64,000 nt of DNA from a virus: the IMG/VR virus record IMGVR_UViG_3300028800_000059, positions 1 through 64,000 of that record. One strand, 5' to 3'. Positions 17,340 through 26,409 of the stretch are shown here, one piece after another. Both the position numbers and the translations under genes were made by a program. Position 1 is the first letter of the stretch; every line of letters begins with the position of its first letter. Under the pieces are notes generated by a model, which saw only the letters and a program-made list of their open reading frames with translations, was not told the origin of the DNA and ran no database searches.

Positions 17340-17722
17340 TATCCTCTATTCTGTTGCCACGTCGAAGATCATACGCCTGGAAGTTTAGACTTTCCTTAGG
17401 CAGCCAAAGCTACTGGAGAGAAAGTCCGTGCCCGAAGTGGAAGTGGTTGCCCACTCTTTCGTGCCTTCACGGAAAAACGATTGTCTCGTTTTGCATTTAA
17501 CATTTTGAACAAATTTACGGTCGTATCTTACCGGTCAACTACCCTGATTTTATTCCACACGGATCGATCCTAGTTCTGTCCCACGAAACACACTGACTCT
17601 TTAGATCGCGAATCCTAATTTGGCTGAAATTAAAAGTATCAGTCTGCCAATGTGCTTGGTGGAACAGCCGGGAATTGCACCCGGGTCTCCAATGTCTTTA
17701 TGTCAGTATCAAACGCTGACGT
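17340..17722 (-). ncRNA. ssrA: Circularly permuted (two-piece) tmRNA
   Basis: Acceptor piece ends CCCGGCTGTTCCACCA at 17657; coding piece starts GGGACAG at 17582 (G3.U pair); tag ORF 17494-17396 ends VALAA*. Confidence 0.9.
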
Positions 17723-17740
17723 AGTATTTAGCATTATACA

Positions 17741-18448
17741 CTATCTATTTGGTAGGAACAAACACATTTTTGGGCTTTTTCCCTTCCAATGTTCAATTGC
17801 TTTCACAAGATTAATCACATGCCGTTTTGAAATGTCCTCCACGAATACCTGAGGTTCATGGTCAAACACGGCCACTAGAATAACAAGCTTTTTAGGATTC
17901 CATCCAGATCGTTCATGGAGCATTCGCTGATATGCGGTTGCTTGAATGAAATGACTCTCGACATATTCTGGTAACTTGGGCTTGCGAGCATTTTTGAAAT
18001 CGATGATAGCTTCGTCACCATCAAACGAACCGGCAACGTCCATCGTTCCAGCAATACCCAGTTGTTCGGAATAAACTGGAAGTTCAATTCCACGAATATC
18101 ATTGATACGATCTAATACAGGCTGCCATGCCTTGAATTGAATTATCTGGTCCGGCATTACTCCAGTGAGTGCCTGTTTGGCATCACCAGTAATCAAATAT
18201 TTTTCAGATATGGCATGGAGAGATTTGCCACGCGATGCCGAACTATTTTTGATCGTGTCGGCTGCCTTATCGCCAAGTCTCTGGCGCCATCTATCAAGAC
18301 CTCGGGAAGATTTGGCGCTTAAAATGGTCGTGATAGAAGGGAAAACAGTGGCGATGCCTGGGACTTGATAATAGTGGCCTTCGCCATATCCTTCAACAAG
18401 TTTAGGTCTGTCCCAGGTTATAGGGATAGGATCATGACGAAATATCAA
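17741..18448 (-). CDS. PD-(D/E)xK exonuclease (Cas4-like phage exonuclease)
   Basis: PSITTIL...W, RG..LH...E.YL, AGT.D, IIDFK, Q..AY. Confidence 0.8.
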   Translation of the reverse strand: MIFRHDPIPITWDRPKLVEGYGEGHYYQVPGIATVFPSITTILSAKSSRGLDRWRQRLGDKAADTIKNSSASRGKSLHAISEKYLITGDAKQALTGVMPDQIIQFKAWQPVLDRINDIRGIELPVYSEQLGIAGTMDVAGSFDGDEAIIDFKNARKPKLPEYVESHFIQATAYQRMLHERSGWNPKKLVILVAVFDHEPQVFVEDISKRHVINLVKAIEHWKGKSPKMCLFLPNR

Positions 18449-18449
18449 T

Positions 18450-19217
18450 TTATTCCTTCCAATGTGCGAGAATCCACTCCTTACAGAAGCCAGACCTCAC
18501 AATTTCATTTACTCCAAATTCTACATCTATCACTGATGGTAAAGACCGTAGGACATTCAACGAGGCCCTAATCGAATTGTTGATGCCTGTGTCCACGAAA
18601 TCGCTTTGGCGATAATCACCAGCCACGATTACGCGACTGTTCTCACCAATACGGGTCATGACGGTATTGAATTCCCCGCCTGACAAATTTTGAACTTCAT
18701 CCAGAAAGACGATTGTATCATGGAAGTTCATACCCCGCAAGAAGGAAGTGGTTGTAAATTCCACGTCGCCTTTGTTTGTTAGAATTTCATAGGCATCGCC
18801 ACGATCATAAAGTTCGGTACAGATTGCCTTGTAAGGGTCTTCATAGGCGGCTGATTTTTCTTTTTCGTTGCCCGGCAAGAAACCCATGTCTCGACTAGGA
18901 ACAACGGATCGGATAATCAGAAGTTTTTTGTATTTGTTTGTCCGACTTAATTCATCCAAAGAAAGATAGAGGGCGAGCAAGGTTTTGCCTGTGCCCGCCA
19001 CTCCATGCAACAGCAAATTCTTGCCATCATCATAGGCATCAAATGCGTCTTCTTGTTTTGAATTTAACGGCTTGATTTTTTTAAGGAAGAAAGGTTGTGT
19101 TTGAGTAGTATTTTGGTGATTCTTTTTACGCTTGGCCGACATGGCTTTTTGATCTTCTTTCTTTTTTAGTGCCAAATCCCGTTTGAAGAAAGTAATTTCT
19201 TTCATACTATCAGTCAT
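18450..19217 (-). CDS. phoH: PhoH-like ATPase
   Basis: G.AGTGKT, RSVV..RDMGFLPG, FLRG, DEVQN, TRIGENS..I..GD..Q.D, IVRSG. Confidence 0.9.
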   Translation of the reverse strand: MTDSMKEITFFKRDLALKKKEDQKAMSAKRKKNHQNTTQTQPFFLKKIKPLNSKQEDAFDAYDDGKNLLLHGVAGTGKTLLALYLSLDELSRTNKYKKLLIIRSVVPSRDMGFLPGNEKEKSAAYEDPYKAICTELYDRGDAYEILTNKGDVEFTTTSFLRGMNFHDTIVFLDEVQNLSGGEFNTVMTRIGENSRVIVAGDYRQSDFVDTGINNSIRASLNVLRSLPSVIDVEFGVNEIVRSGFCKEWILAHWKE

Positions 19218-19219
19218 AT

Positions 19220-19486
19220 TTATATTCCAGCTTTATGCTCTAATGTTCTGTCCTCAATAAATTGAGAAAGGTCGCGCATACATGTCTCTTCAAAAATACA
19301 ATCGGGCTCAGGAAAGAAACTATATTTCCTCCATTTAGCAAACCATTTAATTTCACCAAGAAACCCACCATATTTTGATTCAATATTCCATCGTGACGTT
19401 TTTTGCCCTTTGACAATTCCAGTGGGAATGAATTGTATATGGGTTCCATCCCATCTAGAAGGATCATTACCAATTTGTTCCAACAT
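19220..19486 (-). CDS. Hypothetical protein
   Basis: ORF track; G.IKW...WR.Y.F.P phage motif. Confidence 0.6.
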   Translation of the reverse strand: MLEQIGNDPSRWDGTHIQFIPTGIVKGQKTSRWNIESKYGGFLGEIKWFAKWRKYSFFPEPDCIFEETCMRDLSQFIEDRTLEHKAGI

Positions 19487-19740
19487 TAAATTTCCTTTGG
19501 TACCTTGAATTTTGTTTCGTGATTTTTTCCATATTTTTCCTGCATTGGCGCGATGACGCCCTTCATGAAATCAGCCGGAGGTTTCTTGATACCGAGTTTT
19601 ATGGGATCGCCAATATTCATTTTGACGAAAACTTGAACAATGTCAGGATTGTTCCGAAGAAAATCCTCAAATTCCTTCATCTTCAAATCTACATCATATT
19701 GTTTATCTGTCTTTGTGTTTCGTACTGTGTAAATTGGCAT
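19486..19740 (-). CDS. Conserved T4-like small protein upstream of phoH (FmdB-like, Cys-free)
   Basis: MPIYT..NTKT......E...FL..NP...Q; synteny. Confidence 0.65.
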   Translation of the reverse strand: MPIYTVRNTKTDKQYDVDLKMKEFEDFLRNNPDIVQVFVKMNIGDPIKLGIKKPPADFMKGVIAPMQEKYGKNHETKFKVPKEI

Positions 19741-19881
19741 CGTGTTCCTTTAACATATATTGCTGGGCTATTGTTCGAACCTCGGGTCTTAAACCTTCAT
19801 ATAATTTCAAGGCTTCCTTCGATTCAGGAAATCTTTGGATGAACGAAAGTATAGAAGATTCTTGACCGCTAATTTGCAACA

Positions 19882-20964
19882 TCAAGGACTAACTCCTAAG
19901 GTTAGGGTTCCAGTGAGAGTGTTCCAAATACCAGCCATATTTCGCTTGATGATAAATGGGATTGGTTTGCCTGCTGGCATAAGAGAAATATCGTGTACGG
20001 CCCCATCAAGCAAACTAAATTCTTCTCCGTTCAATGATAATAGAACATCGCCAGCCCGCAATCCAGCCTTATCGGCTTCGCCGTCAATAACGGTATCAAC
20101 TATTTGAACGCGCATAATATGATCATCATCAATGATTTTTGAAATATGAACACCAAGTTTAGAAAACATAAATTTACCATATTTTTTATATTGATCGATA
20201 AAATTTGCAACGTCATTAGATGGAATGGCAAATCCGATGCCTACGCTGCCTGAGGTTGGACTGTAAATTGATGAATCAATACCAATTACTTTTCCATCCA
20301 TATCGAATAACGGCCCGCCTGAATTTCCAGGATTGATAGGAGCATCAATTTGAAGAATGGCATATCCTCCACCCTTATATTCTTTAGTTTGCGAAACTCT
20401 GCCAAAGGTGTGAGTTTGAGGAAGTTCATATGGGGCACCAATAGCCATTACATAATCACCAATTTGAACCTTAGATGAATCTTCCAAATCAGATTGATGT
20501 AAAACTACATTTACAGGAAGATCATCGACAATTTCAATAATGGCCAAATCAAATCTTTCGTTGCCATATACTAATCTGGCTTTCAGATAGTATTTGTTTT
20601 GTAAAACGACAGTAATGTTTTTTGTATCATTGCTTACGACATGATAATTAGTAATGATATATTTTTTAGCAGCATCGAAAATAACTCCGGAACCCTCTTC
20701 GATCTTATTATCTAATTTTCCACTTGCGGCATCATCCGCAAATTTTTTCGAGGTATCAAGATTATTGATTATAATACCATCAAAAATTTGAACCACTGAA
20801 TCGGAAACTTTATTCACAAGCGGAGCCAGAGAAACTTCGGAAGGCGATTGAACCGCCACAGAAACAGGAAGAGTTACATGCGGAGTGTTTTGATAGGCAA
20901 CAAATCCAGCAAATGCAAGGAGACAAACAAAGACAAGGCCTAGATATTTTTTCATGGAGAACAT
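19882..20964 (-). CDS. degP: DegP/HtrA-family periplasmic serine protease with PDZ domain
   Basis: Signal anchor; GSG...ITNYHV, DLA, IQ.DAPINPGNSGGPL; C-terminal PDZ (A.KAGL..GDV...NG). Confidence 0.9.
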   Translation of the reverse strand: MFSMKKYLGLVFVCLLAFAGFVAYQNTPHVTLPVSVAVQSPSEVSLAPLVNKVSDSVVQIFDGIIINNLDTSKKFADDAASGKLDNKIEEGSGVIFDAAKKYIITNYHVVSNDTKNITVVLQNKYYLKARLVYGNERFDLAIIEIVDDLPVNVVLHQSDLEDSSKVQIGDYVMAIGAPYELPQTHTFGRVSQTKEYKGGGYAILQIDAPINPGNSGGPLFDMDGKVIGIDSSIYSPTSGSVGIGFAIPSNDVANFIDQYKKYGKFMFSKLGVHISKIIDDDHIMRVQIVDTVIDGEADKAGLRAGDVLLSLNGEEFSLLDGAVHDISLMPAGKPIPFIIKRNMAGIWNTLTGTLTLGVSP

Positions 20965-20979
20965 CCTTTCAGTTCTTAT

Positions 20980-21498
20980 TTATTCGTTGATATAGACCAC
21001 CTTGTCGAAATAATCCAACAAATTTTTGGTGCCGTTGGCCAAAGGCTTATAGTTCTCCACCATCTGCATAAAGACGTTGTTCGGAATATTCTTACCGGGG
21101 CGCAATTTCTGTCTCTCGACACAAAGAGCCGGATCGGTCAGAAACAATATGGCCACGGTTTCGTAACCGGCCTTTTTGACTCGATCCAATTTGAATTTCC
21201 AGGCCTTTTCGGTAAGATTGGTTTGATCCCAAAGAATATTCCATTTGTTCGAAATTGCTTCTTCAAGCTGACGGTGCATCAATTGGGACGCCGTGGGAAC
21301 ATATTCCTTGAACACATCATCATAAGTCCGAAAAGTTTTATGAGCATAAGCTTCGATCCATTCGTCCGAAGAAACGACCTGAAAGAGCCCGTGGATGGAA
21401 GACAACACACCAATCGTCTTGTTGCGCCAAGTAGTTTTGCCACAACCAGGCAGACCAACGAGCATATAACAAATAGGTTTCTCAATCTTAATTTCCAT
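20980..21498 (-). CDS. Polynucleotide 5'-kinase-like P-loop protein (AAA_33)
   Basis: MLVGLPGCGKTTW, VSSD, WDQTN; adjacent to RNA ligase. Confidence 0.8.
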   Translation of the reverse strand: MEIKIEKPICYMLVGLPGCGKTTWRNKTIGVLSSIHGLFQVVSSDEWIEAYAHKTFRTYDDVFKEYVPTASQLMHRQLEEAISNKWNILWDQTNLTEKAWKFKLDRVKKAGYETVAILFLTDPALCVERQKLRPGKNIPNNVFMQMVENYKPLANGTKNLLDYFDKVVYINE

Positions 21499-22750
21499 TG
21501 GCTAATCCTTTCCACGTCACGCAACCAAACAAGCCGCGCACCTTATCGACATTTTTCTGTGTGCCAAGATTTTTTCGAATAGCGTCCAGGATAGACTCCT
21601 TAGCATCCATTCCTGAATACATCTTGAACATGATTGATCGTAATGATGGATCAATTTTTTCGTTTACCCAAAGAGCAAAATTCTTTTTCTTTAAACGTTC
21701 TACTTCTTCTAAATTTTCACATAAGACTGCATTGATGCCATTAGAAATCCAATTTTGTTTTTGATCGTCCCAATAATCAAAGAAATCATCTTCAACTGAA
21801 TGAACAGTTTTTTGGACGCCAATATTAAAGGCATCGGCATATTCATCGACCGCTTCACGATCCACGGGCTCCAGAACCGCCTTCAAATCATCCAGCTTTT
21901 CGTCAAGAATTAATTCGATCAATCCCTTTTCTTGCATCAGGGCGGCCTTGGCCTTGTGAAGTGCAAGATACCAATCGCATTTGATCTTCACCATATGTCC
22001 ATCCGTCCAACGGAGAACATAGCCTTCGGTGTTTTCCATGGCGGCGACATGATCCTGAAAGTGTTTCATATCTTCGATTTTAATTTTCTGGTAAATAGGC
22101 TGAACCAAATCAATTCCCCATTCATTACCCACTTGTTCCAAAACTGGTTGAGTATAATAATTACCAGAACGATTGACTCGCATTCCTGTCAACACAAGGC
22201 GATCTTGTGGATAATCCAAAACAATTTTTTGCGAACGCGAACACCATTCGAATAGTGGTGTGCAATCAATACTAAGATAGACTTCTGCAAAACGCACATA
22301 ATTTGTCCGAGCCACAGCAAACGCCTCGGCAGGCATCGCAACATCTGTCAGACCCATCTTCGTGCCCCAACGAATTTGTCCATTCACATAGAAAGGGCGG
22401 ATCATCGAACCATCAAGTTTTTCCAAAATCACATGTGGCCAAAGAATGTTCAATTCTTCGCTTAGTGTTTCGGCGCGTTCGTTCACATTGAAAAATTTGT
22501 GATATGGACGAGAAATAAGTCTGCCTGTAGACGTTTCGAAAATGATGCCGCGACATTCACGGCGCACCCGGGCATAATGATCGTCCACGCCATCAACTAT
22601 TGGAGGGAAAGTATCCTTGGTCGCCATGTGATAATTGACGACAGTGTATCCGCCTTCTTTCTCGGACACGGCAAACTCTGGCGCGTCCTTAATCGCCGGC
22701 AGCACATCAGAAATATTTTCGATGATAGGAAACTTATAGAAGTGTTTCAT
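21488..22750 (-). CDS. rnlA: RNA ligase 1, T4 RnlA-like
   Basis: RECRGIIF...ISRPYHKFFNVNE, EKLDGS (motif I), TPLFEW, EGYV...MVKIK..WY. Confidence 0.9.
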   Translation of the reverse strand: MKHFYKFPIIENISDVLPAIKDAPEFAVSEKEGGYTVVNYHMATKDTFPPIVDGVDDHYARVRRECRGIIFETSTGRLISRPYHKFFNVNERAETLSEELNILWPHVILEKLDGSMIRPFYVNGQIRWGTKMGLTDVAMPAEAFAVARTNYVRFAEVYLSIDCTPLFEWCSRSQKIVLDYPQDRLVLTGMRVNRSGNYYTQPVLEQVGNEWGIDLVQPIYQKIKIEDMKHFQDHVAAMENTEGYVLRWTDGHMVKIKCDWYLALHKAKAALMQEKGLIELILDEKLDDLKAVLEPVDREAVDEYADAFNIGVQKTVHSVEDDFFDYWDDQKQNWISNGINAVLCENLEEVERLKKKNFALWVNEKIDPSLRSIMFKMYSGMDAKESILDAIRKNLGTQKNVDKVRGLFGCVTWKGLANGN

Positions 22751-22759
22751 TTATTGTTC

Positions 22760-23086
22760 TCAACTGTAGTGGGAAAAGAAATGATATTCGAATTTCTTGT
22801 CTTTAATCAGATGTTCAAAATCAGGCAAGAGTTTCTTAAACTTGGCACGATATTCGGCTTCTTTGGATACAAACGTTTCAGGATCGAGGACATAATCAAC
22901 TGCCTCGGCATAATCACCACTGGCTAGAATATTTCCAAACCACATATATTCGCCGCCCATGGCATCCAATACCATTGAATCATTCATCGCGGCATAAAGT
23001 GGATCGTCATTCAACGCTTCATTCAAATCATCGTCCCAATCAATTTTAACGCCGTGCATGAGATAGATGGTGCAATCAACGCCCAT
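22760..23086 (-). CDS. Hypothetical acidic protein
   Basis: Start set at MGVDCT after a GGAG RBS. Confidence 0.55.
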   Translation of the reverse strand: MGVDCTIYLMHGVKIDWDDDLNEALNDDPLYAAMNDSMVLDAMGGEYMWFGNILASGDYAEAVDYVLDPETFVSKEAEYRAKFKKLLPDFEHLIKDKKFEYHFFSHYS

Positions 23087-23100
23087 GATTTCCTCCTGGT

Positions 23101-23565
23101 TTAAAAATCTCCTGGTGCAACTTGAAGACAAATCAATCCATTACGTCGCCACATTTCCACGACCGAGTTTCGATCATCGAATACCACCGTTGGATCGTAG
23201 CCATCGGCACGAATCTTCGCGAGCAATTCTTCCTTCACGATATAATCCGCGCGATTGTCCTTGGCAGGGCGCATGTAGAGACCATGAAAAGGAATAGCAT
23301 GTTCCTTCAACCAATCTTCGGTCACCTTGCGCTGTTCCTCGCCTCGCCCAGAGCAAATGACGACTTTATTGGGTTGATCATTTTCGCCCTGTTCGCAACC
23401 GAAATAGAAAACAATTTGGATTAGGTCCACGACCGGCTGATTTGGCTTGTCCAGATGCATCGTCGCATTGAACGCCGCCCAATTCTTAGGCTTCGTTGCA
23501 ACAAAATGACGCCGGTGACTGATATCTGCCAGCGTCCCGTCAAGATCAAAAATGTAACAGGTCAT
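23101..23565 (-). CDS. HAD-family 3'-phosphatase (C-terminal half of T4 PseT/PNK)
   Basis: FDLDGTLAD, SGR.E..R..TE.WL, MRPAKDNR.D..VK, VFDDR..VV.MWR..GL.C.QVA.GDF. Confidence 0.85.
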   Translation of the reverse strand: MTCYIFDLDGTLADISHRRHFVATKPKNWAAFNATMHLDKPNQPVVDLIQIVFYFGCEQGENDQPNKVVICSGRGEEQRKVTEDWLKEHAIPFHGLYMRPAKDNRADYIVKEELLAKIRADGYDPTVVFDDRNSVVEMWRRNGLICLQVAPGDF

Positions 23566-23596
23566 GGAATTATCTTACCACATCGATTGAAAAATT

Positions 23597-24046
23597 TCAA
23601 GCCTTAAATCCTGTAATCATGATAAATCCCATGCCGGCGGTATTTTTGGCTTCGTCGCCTGTCATTCCAAAAAAGGCTGGGGTGATTACCTTCCACAATC
23701 CAAGAACCTGACCAAGCGCAAATAACTGAAACGCTGCGCCCTGATCGCCAACGGCCGCACCGACTTCCATATAATTTGGTCCTCCGGCGAGCCGTTCTGG
23801 CTCTGGATATTCCTTGAGAATTGCCACCAATTCGTCCTTGTATTTCTCGGCAGCAACCTTGTCCACGCCGACGCTCAAAAGCACCATATCGACCACTACC
23901 AGGCTAGGGCGCGCCGCAGAAACAGGCGGATTGATGTTCATATCCACGACGCGAACCGGACCATCTTCGATTGTTAGTTCCTCGGCCTGGTTGCGAAACT
24001 GTGCCGTTGTCGCGGCGAGAATTTCATAGAGGCGATCTAAATTCAT
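23597..24046 (-). CDS. Conserved hypothetical protein
   Basis: Start at MNLDRL; GGPNY.EVGA..GDQG.A..LFALG..LGLW motif. Confidence 0.6.
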   Translation of the reverse strand: MNLDRLYEILAATTAQFRNQAEELTIEDGPVRVVDMNINPPVSAARPSLVVVDMVLLSVGVDKVAAEKYKDELVAILKEYPEPERLAGGPNYMEVGAAVGDQGAAFQLFALGQVLGLWKVITPAFFGMTGDEAKNTAGMGFIMITGFKA

Positions 24047-24294
24047 TTTCTTATCTCCCAAAAAATAGAATGAAAAAATCCAATCACTAAACGAATTATC
24101 AAGAGCCAAACAAGAGCCCAGATAATCATAGGCGAGAAACACCACCAATAGGAAAGCGTCCAACCCTCAGGATTTCCATGGGACACTTGCATCCATCGTG
24201 CCAGCAGAAGAAGCACAGTGGCGCCAGCGGCAAAATGAAAGCCAAGAATTTTCATGTTACGACCACATAAGCCATAACGGTCCGCAAAAGCCAA
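24043..24294 (-). CDS. Membrane protein
   Basis: Two TM segments; WSWWW-like SYWWCFSP motif. Confidence 0.5.
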   Translation of the reverse strand: MAFADRYGLCGRNMKILGFHFAAGATVLLLLARWMQVSHGNPEGWTLSYWWCFSPMIIWALVWLLIIRLVIGFFHSIFWEIRK

Positions 24295-24449
24295 TCATAA
24301 TCGCCAGCCATTGCCATGATACGAAAATTCTTTCGTTCCTCTTCGGGAACTCTCGCCTTTCGAAGTGCCGCTAGAACAGCCCCGATAATATAGAAAGCAT
24401 TTCCAGACTGCCCGATCAATTCGACTTCGATATCAGGATATTTTGGCAT
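24252..24449 (-). CDS. Conserved small hypothetical protein
   Basis: V.L.G..GNAF.I.G.V..AL...F...A..GDYD.LL. Confidence 0.65.
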   Translation of the reverse strand: MPKYPDIEVELIGQSGNAFYIIGAVLAALRKARVPEEERKNFRIMAMAGDYDWLLRTVMAYVVVT

Positions 24450-24459
24450 TTGATTTCTC

Positions 24460-24825
24460 TCAATCGTTATAGATAATCATTTTGCAAAGGCCGTTATTTT
24501 CTGTGTTTGCAGGTTCAAGTTTCCAACAAACAATATCATCGTCGGCATCTTTTAATGTATCCACGAGCAACATTAGCATCGGTTTTTGTGTTCGGGCCGA
24601 AACAAGAACCAAGCCGACGTTTGTTGCATCATTGGGATAAATCTGTTCGAACTCGAAATCCTTTCCAAGATCGGACATTTCGGCTACGAATATTTTGGTA
24701 GCCTTATCCCAAATGAATTTCTTCGTGGAGATATTCATCATGCCACCATAAATTTGAGATAGGACACTGGCGCCTTGTGCATCTTCCCCGTCCGAACATT
24801 CTTGATCTGGAGAGGAAACTTCCAA
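24460..24825 (-). CDS. Hypothetical protein
   Basis: ORF track; start likely MMNIST. Confidence 0.5.
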   Translation of the reverse strand: MEVSSPDQECSDGEDAQGASVLSQIYGGMMNISTKKFIWDKATKIFVAEMSDLGKDFEFEQIYPNDATNVGLVLVSARTQKPMLMLLVDTLKDADDDIVCWKLEPANTENNGLCKMIIYND

Positions 24826-25097
24826 CGAGACGCCTTCACCCCGGTCAATTCGAACATTTCTCCCGTGGGCGACTTAATCATCTTCCCGATCATTTCGGGC
24901 TTGACGCCGAGAGAATTCCATTCGAGATTTTCGAGGACTGAAACCTTCCCGGGCTCTTTCAATTCAAACTTGCCCTTGAAAAAATTTTCGCCGAAAGAAC
25001 TCTTGCCGAGCGCCACGACAAGTCCATGTTTCTTGGCGAATTCATTCGCCAAGAAACCGAATTCTGAGTGGAGCATTTGCGCTTTTGCGCGTTCCAT
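24738..25097 (-). CDS. Hypothetical protein
   Basis: ORF track; GGAG RBS. Confidence 0.6.
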   Translation of the reverse strand: MERAKAQMLHSEFGFLANEFAKKHGLVVALGKSSFGENFFKGKFELKEPGKVSVLENLEWNSLGVKPEMIGKMIKSPTGEMFELTGVKASRWKFPLQIKNVRTGKMHKAPVSYLKFMVA

Positions 25098-25098
25098 T

Positions 25099-25392
25099 TT
25101 ATTCCTCCATCTTCATGACGGCGCTGACCTCAACTGAATGAATCTTATTCTTCTTGATCCACTTTGTCAACTGCCCACGCCCAAAATTTGCCGACAACAG
25201 CGAAGGAAACGAAAAGTTCAAATGGCGCTGACTTGGCCCATTCTTTCCGAACCCTTTCTTCCCGACAAGAGTTTCATACGTGTTATCACAAAACGCGATA
25301 TATGCCGGGGAAGCTGCCTCCTCTGCGATGGGCCCTCCAACTGTCTGGATCATCTTTGGCCCGATCCCATAGCTGACTGAGAATTCAAACAT
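25099..25392 (-). CDS. Hypothetical early protein
   Basis: Start reassigned to MFEFSV, downstream of a TTGGAC-17-CATACT promoter near 25420-25448. Confidence 0.5.
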   Translation of the reverse strand: MFEFSVSYGIGPKMIQTVGGPIAEEAASPAYIAFCDNTYETLVGKKGFGKNGPSQRHLNFSFPSLLSANFGRGQLTKWIKKNKIHSVEVSAVMKMEE

Positions 25393-25795
25393 GGAAAACT
25401 CCTTACAAAGACTATCGATAGTATGCGCTTTTCTGGGTAAAAGTCCAAGAAAAATCTTTGTAATTTTATTGCGTGTTTTGAGGAATTTTGGCAACAAAAA
25501 AAGGACCCTAAAAAGGACCCTTTTTGATCGCGGGTGAAGACAGTTCTGGAAACCACTCCACCAAGAAAATAGAAAACGAGAAAACAAAAAAAGGGGAAGC
25601 ATCTTATGCCGGCTTCGATGCTTCGATGATGTTTTGGCGATTGCATGGACGGCGCCGTCGCCCATCTGGCGACTTGCAGACTTTCTCCACTGTGTAGAGA
25701 AAAACTCGCCGGATTGGCGAGGCTGCTAATAGTCTGATGCCTCACATTCGAAAATGTTTATCATCAGGGGCCAATGATAAATCATTGGCGTGGAT

Positions 25796-25869
25796 TGGCG
25801 AAGGTGCCAGGATTTGAACCCAGAATAACGGAGTTGGAGGCCGTTGTGTTACCGTTACACTACACCGAC
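25796..25869 (-). tRNA. tRNA-Trp(CCA)
   Basis: Cloverleaf, loop CTCCAAC, encoded CCA; two acceptor-stem mismatches. Confidence 0.8.
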
Positions 25870-25875
25870 GTAAAT

Positions 25876-25949
25876 TGGGAGCGGGGGCTGGATTTGCACC
25901 AACGTCTCATGGGTATGAACCAAGCAAGGAACTTCTCCTCTACCCCGCA
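25876..25949 (-). tRNA. tRNA-Met(CAT), initiator-like
   Basis: Loop TTCATAC; 1:72 mismatch; T-loop TGCAAAT. Confidence 0.75.
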
Positions 25950-26004
25950 TTAAAAATCGATGTATGTTTTTCTCATTTTATGGATACCACATACAAACCT
26001 AGAA

Positions 26005-26080
26005 TGGCGCGTCCAGTGGGAATCGAACCCAGACTTCATCTGGTTGGAAGCCAGAGGCAAATCCAATCTACTATAGACGC
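26005..26080 (-). tRNA. tRNA-Gly(TCC)
   Basis: TCTGG-CTTCCAA-CCAGA; GTTCGA T-loop; CCA. Confidence 0.9.
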
Positions 26081-26091
26081 ATTAAAAAACT

Positions 26092-26168
26092 TGGCCGCGA
26101 ACCACCGGATGGTAGAACGCTCTAATGTTTTTCAAAAAGGACGGTAGCCCCGTATCCTTTTCGCGGTC
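26092..26168 (-). ncRNA. Small structured non-tRNA RNA ending in CCA
   Basis: 7-bp closing stem CCGCGAA/TTCGCGG followed by CCA; two internal hairpins. Confidence 0.45.
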
Positions 26169-26250
26169 AAAGCCTTTGGAAGCATCTGCTAACTATCTTC
26201 CAAGGCCCATTAGATAAAAACCGCTTATAGGCCAAATACTAAATCATTCA

Positions 26251-26377
26251 TGGAGAGAATTGTGACGTTGCCCGGTCATTATCATCCGGGGTCGTATCTC
26301 TCGCCTCTGGCTTCGGCACATTTCCAGAACATCTATGTGGACCGGACAACTTGCTAACATAGGGCGATAATTTCCCC
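26251..26377 (-). ncRNA. ~127-nt rod-like structured RNA ending in CCA
   Basis: 10-bp helix TTGTCCGGTC/GACCGGGCAA, inner TCTGG/CCAGA helix, 3' TCTCCA. Confidence 0.45.
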
Positions 26378-26409
26378 ACGGCCATGAATGAACTCTAAAA
26401 AAAACATGG

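Noticed and set aside
26092-26168. tRNA-Sec
   Set aside because: No UCA anticodon arm or cloverleaf
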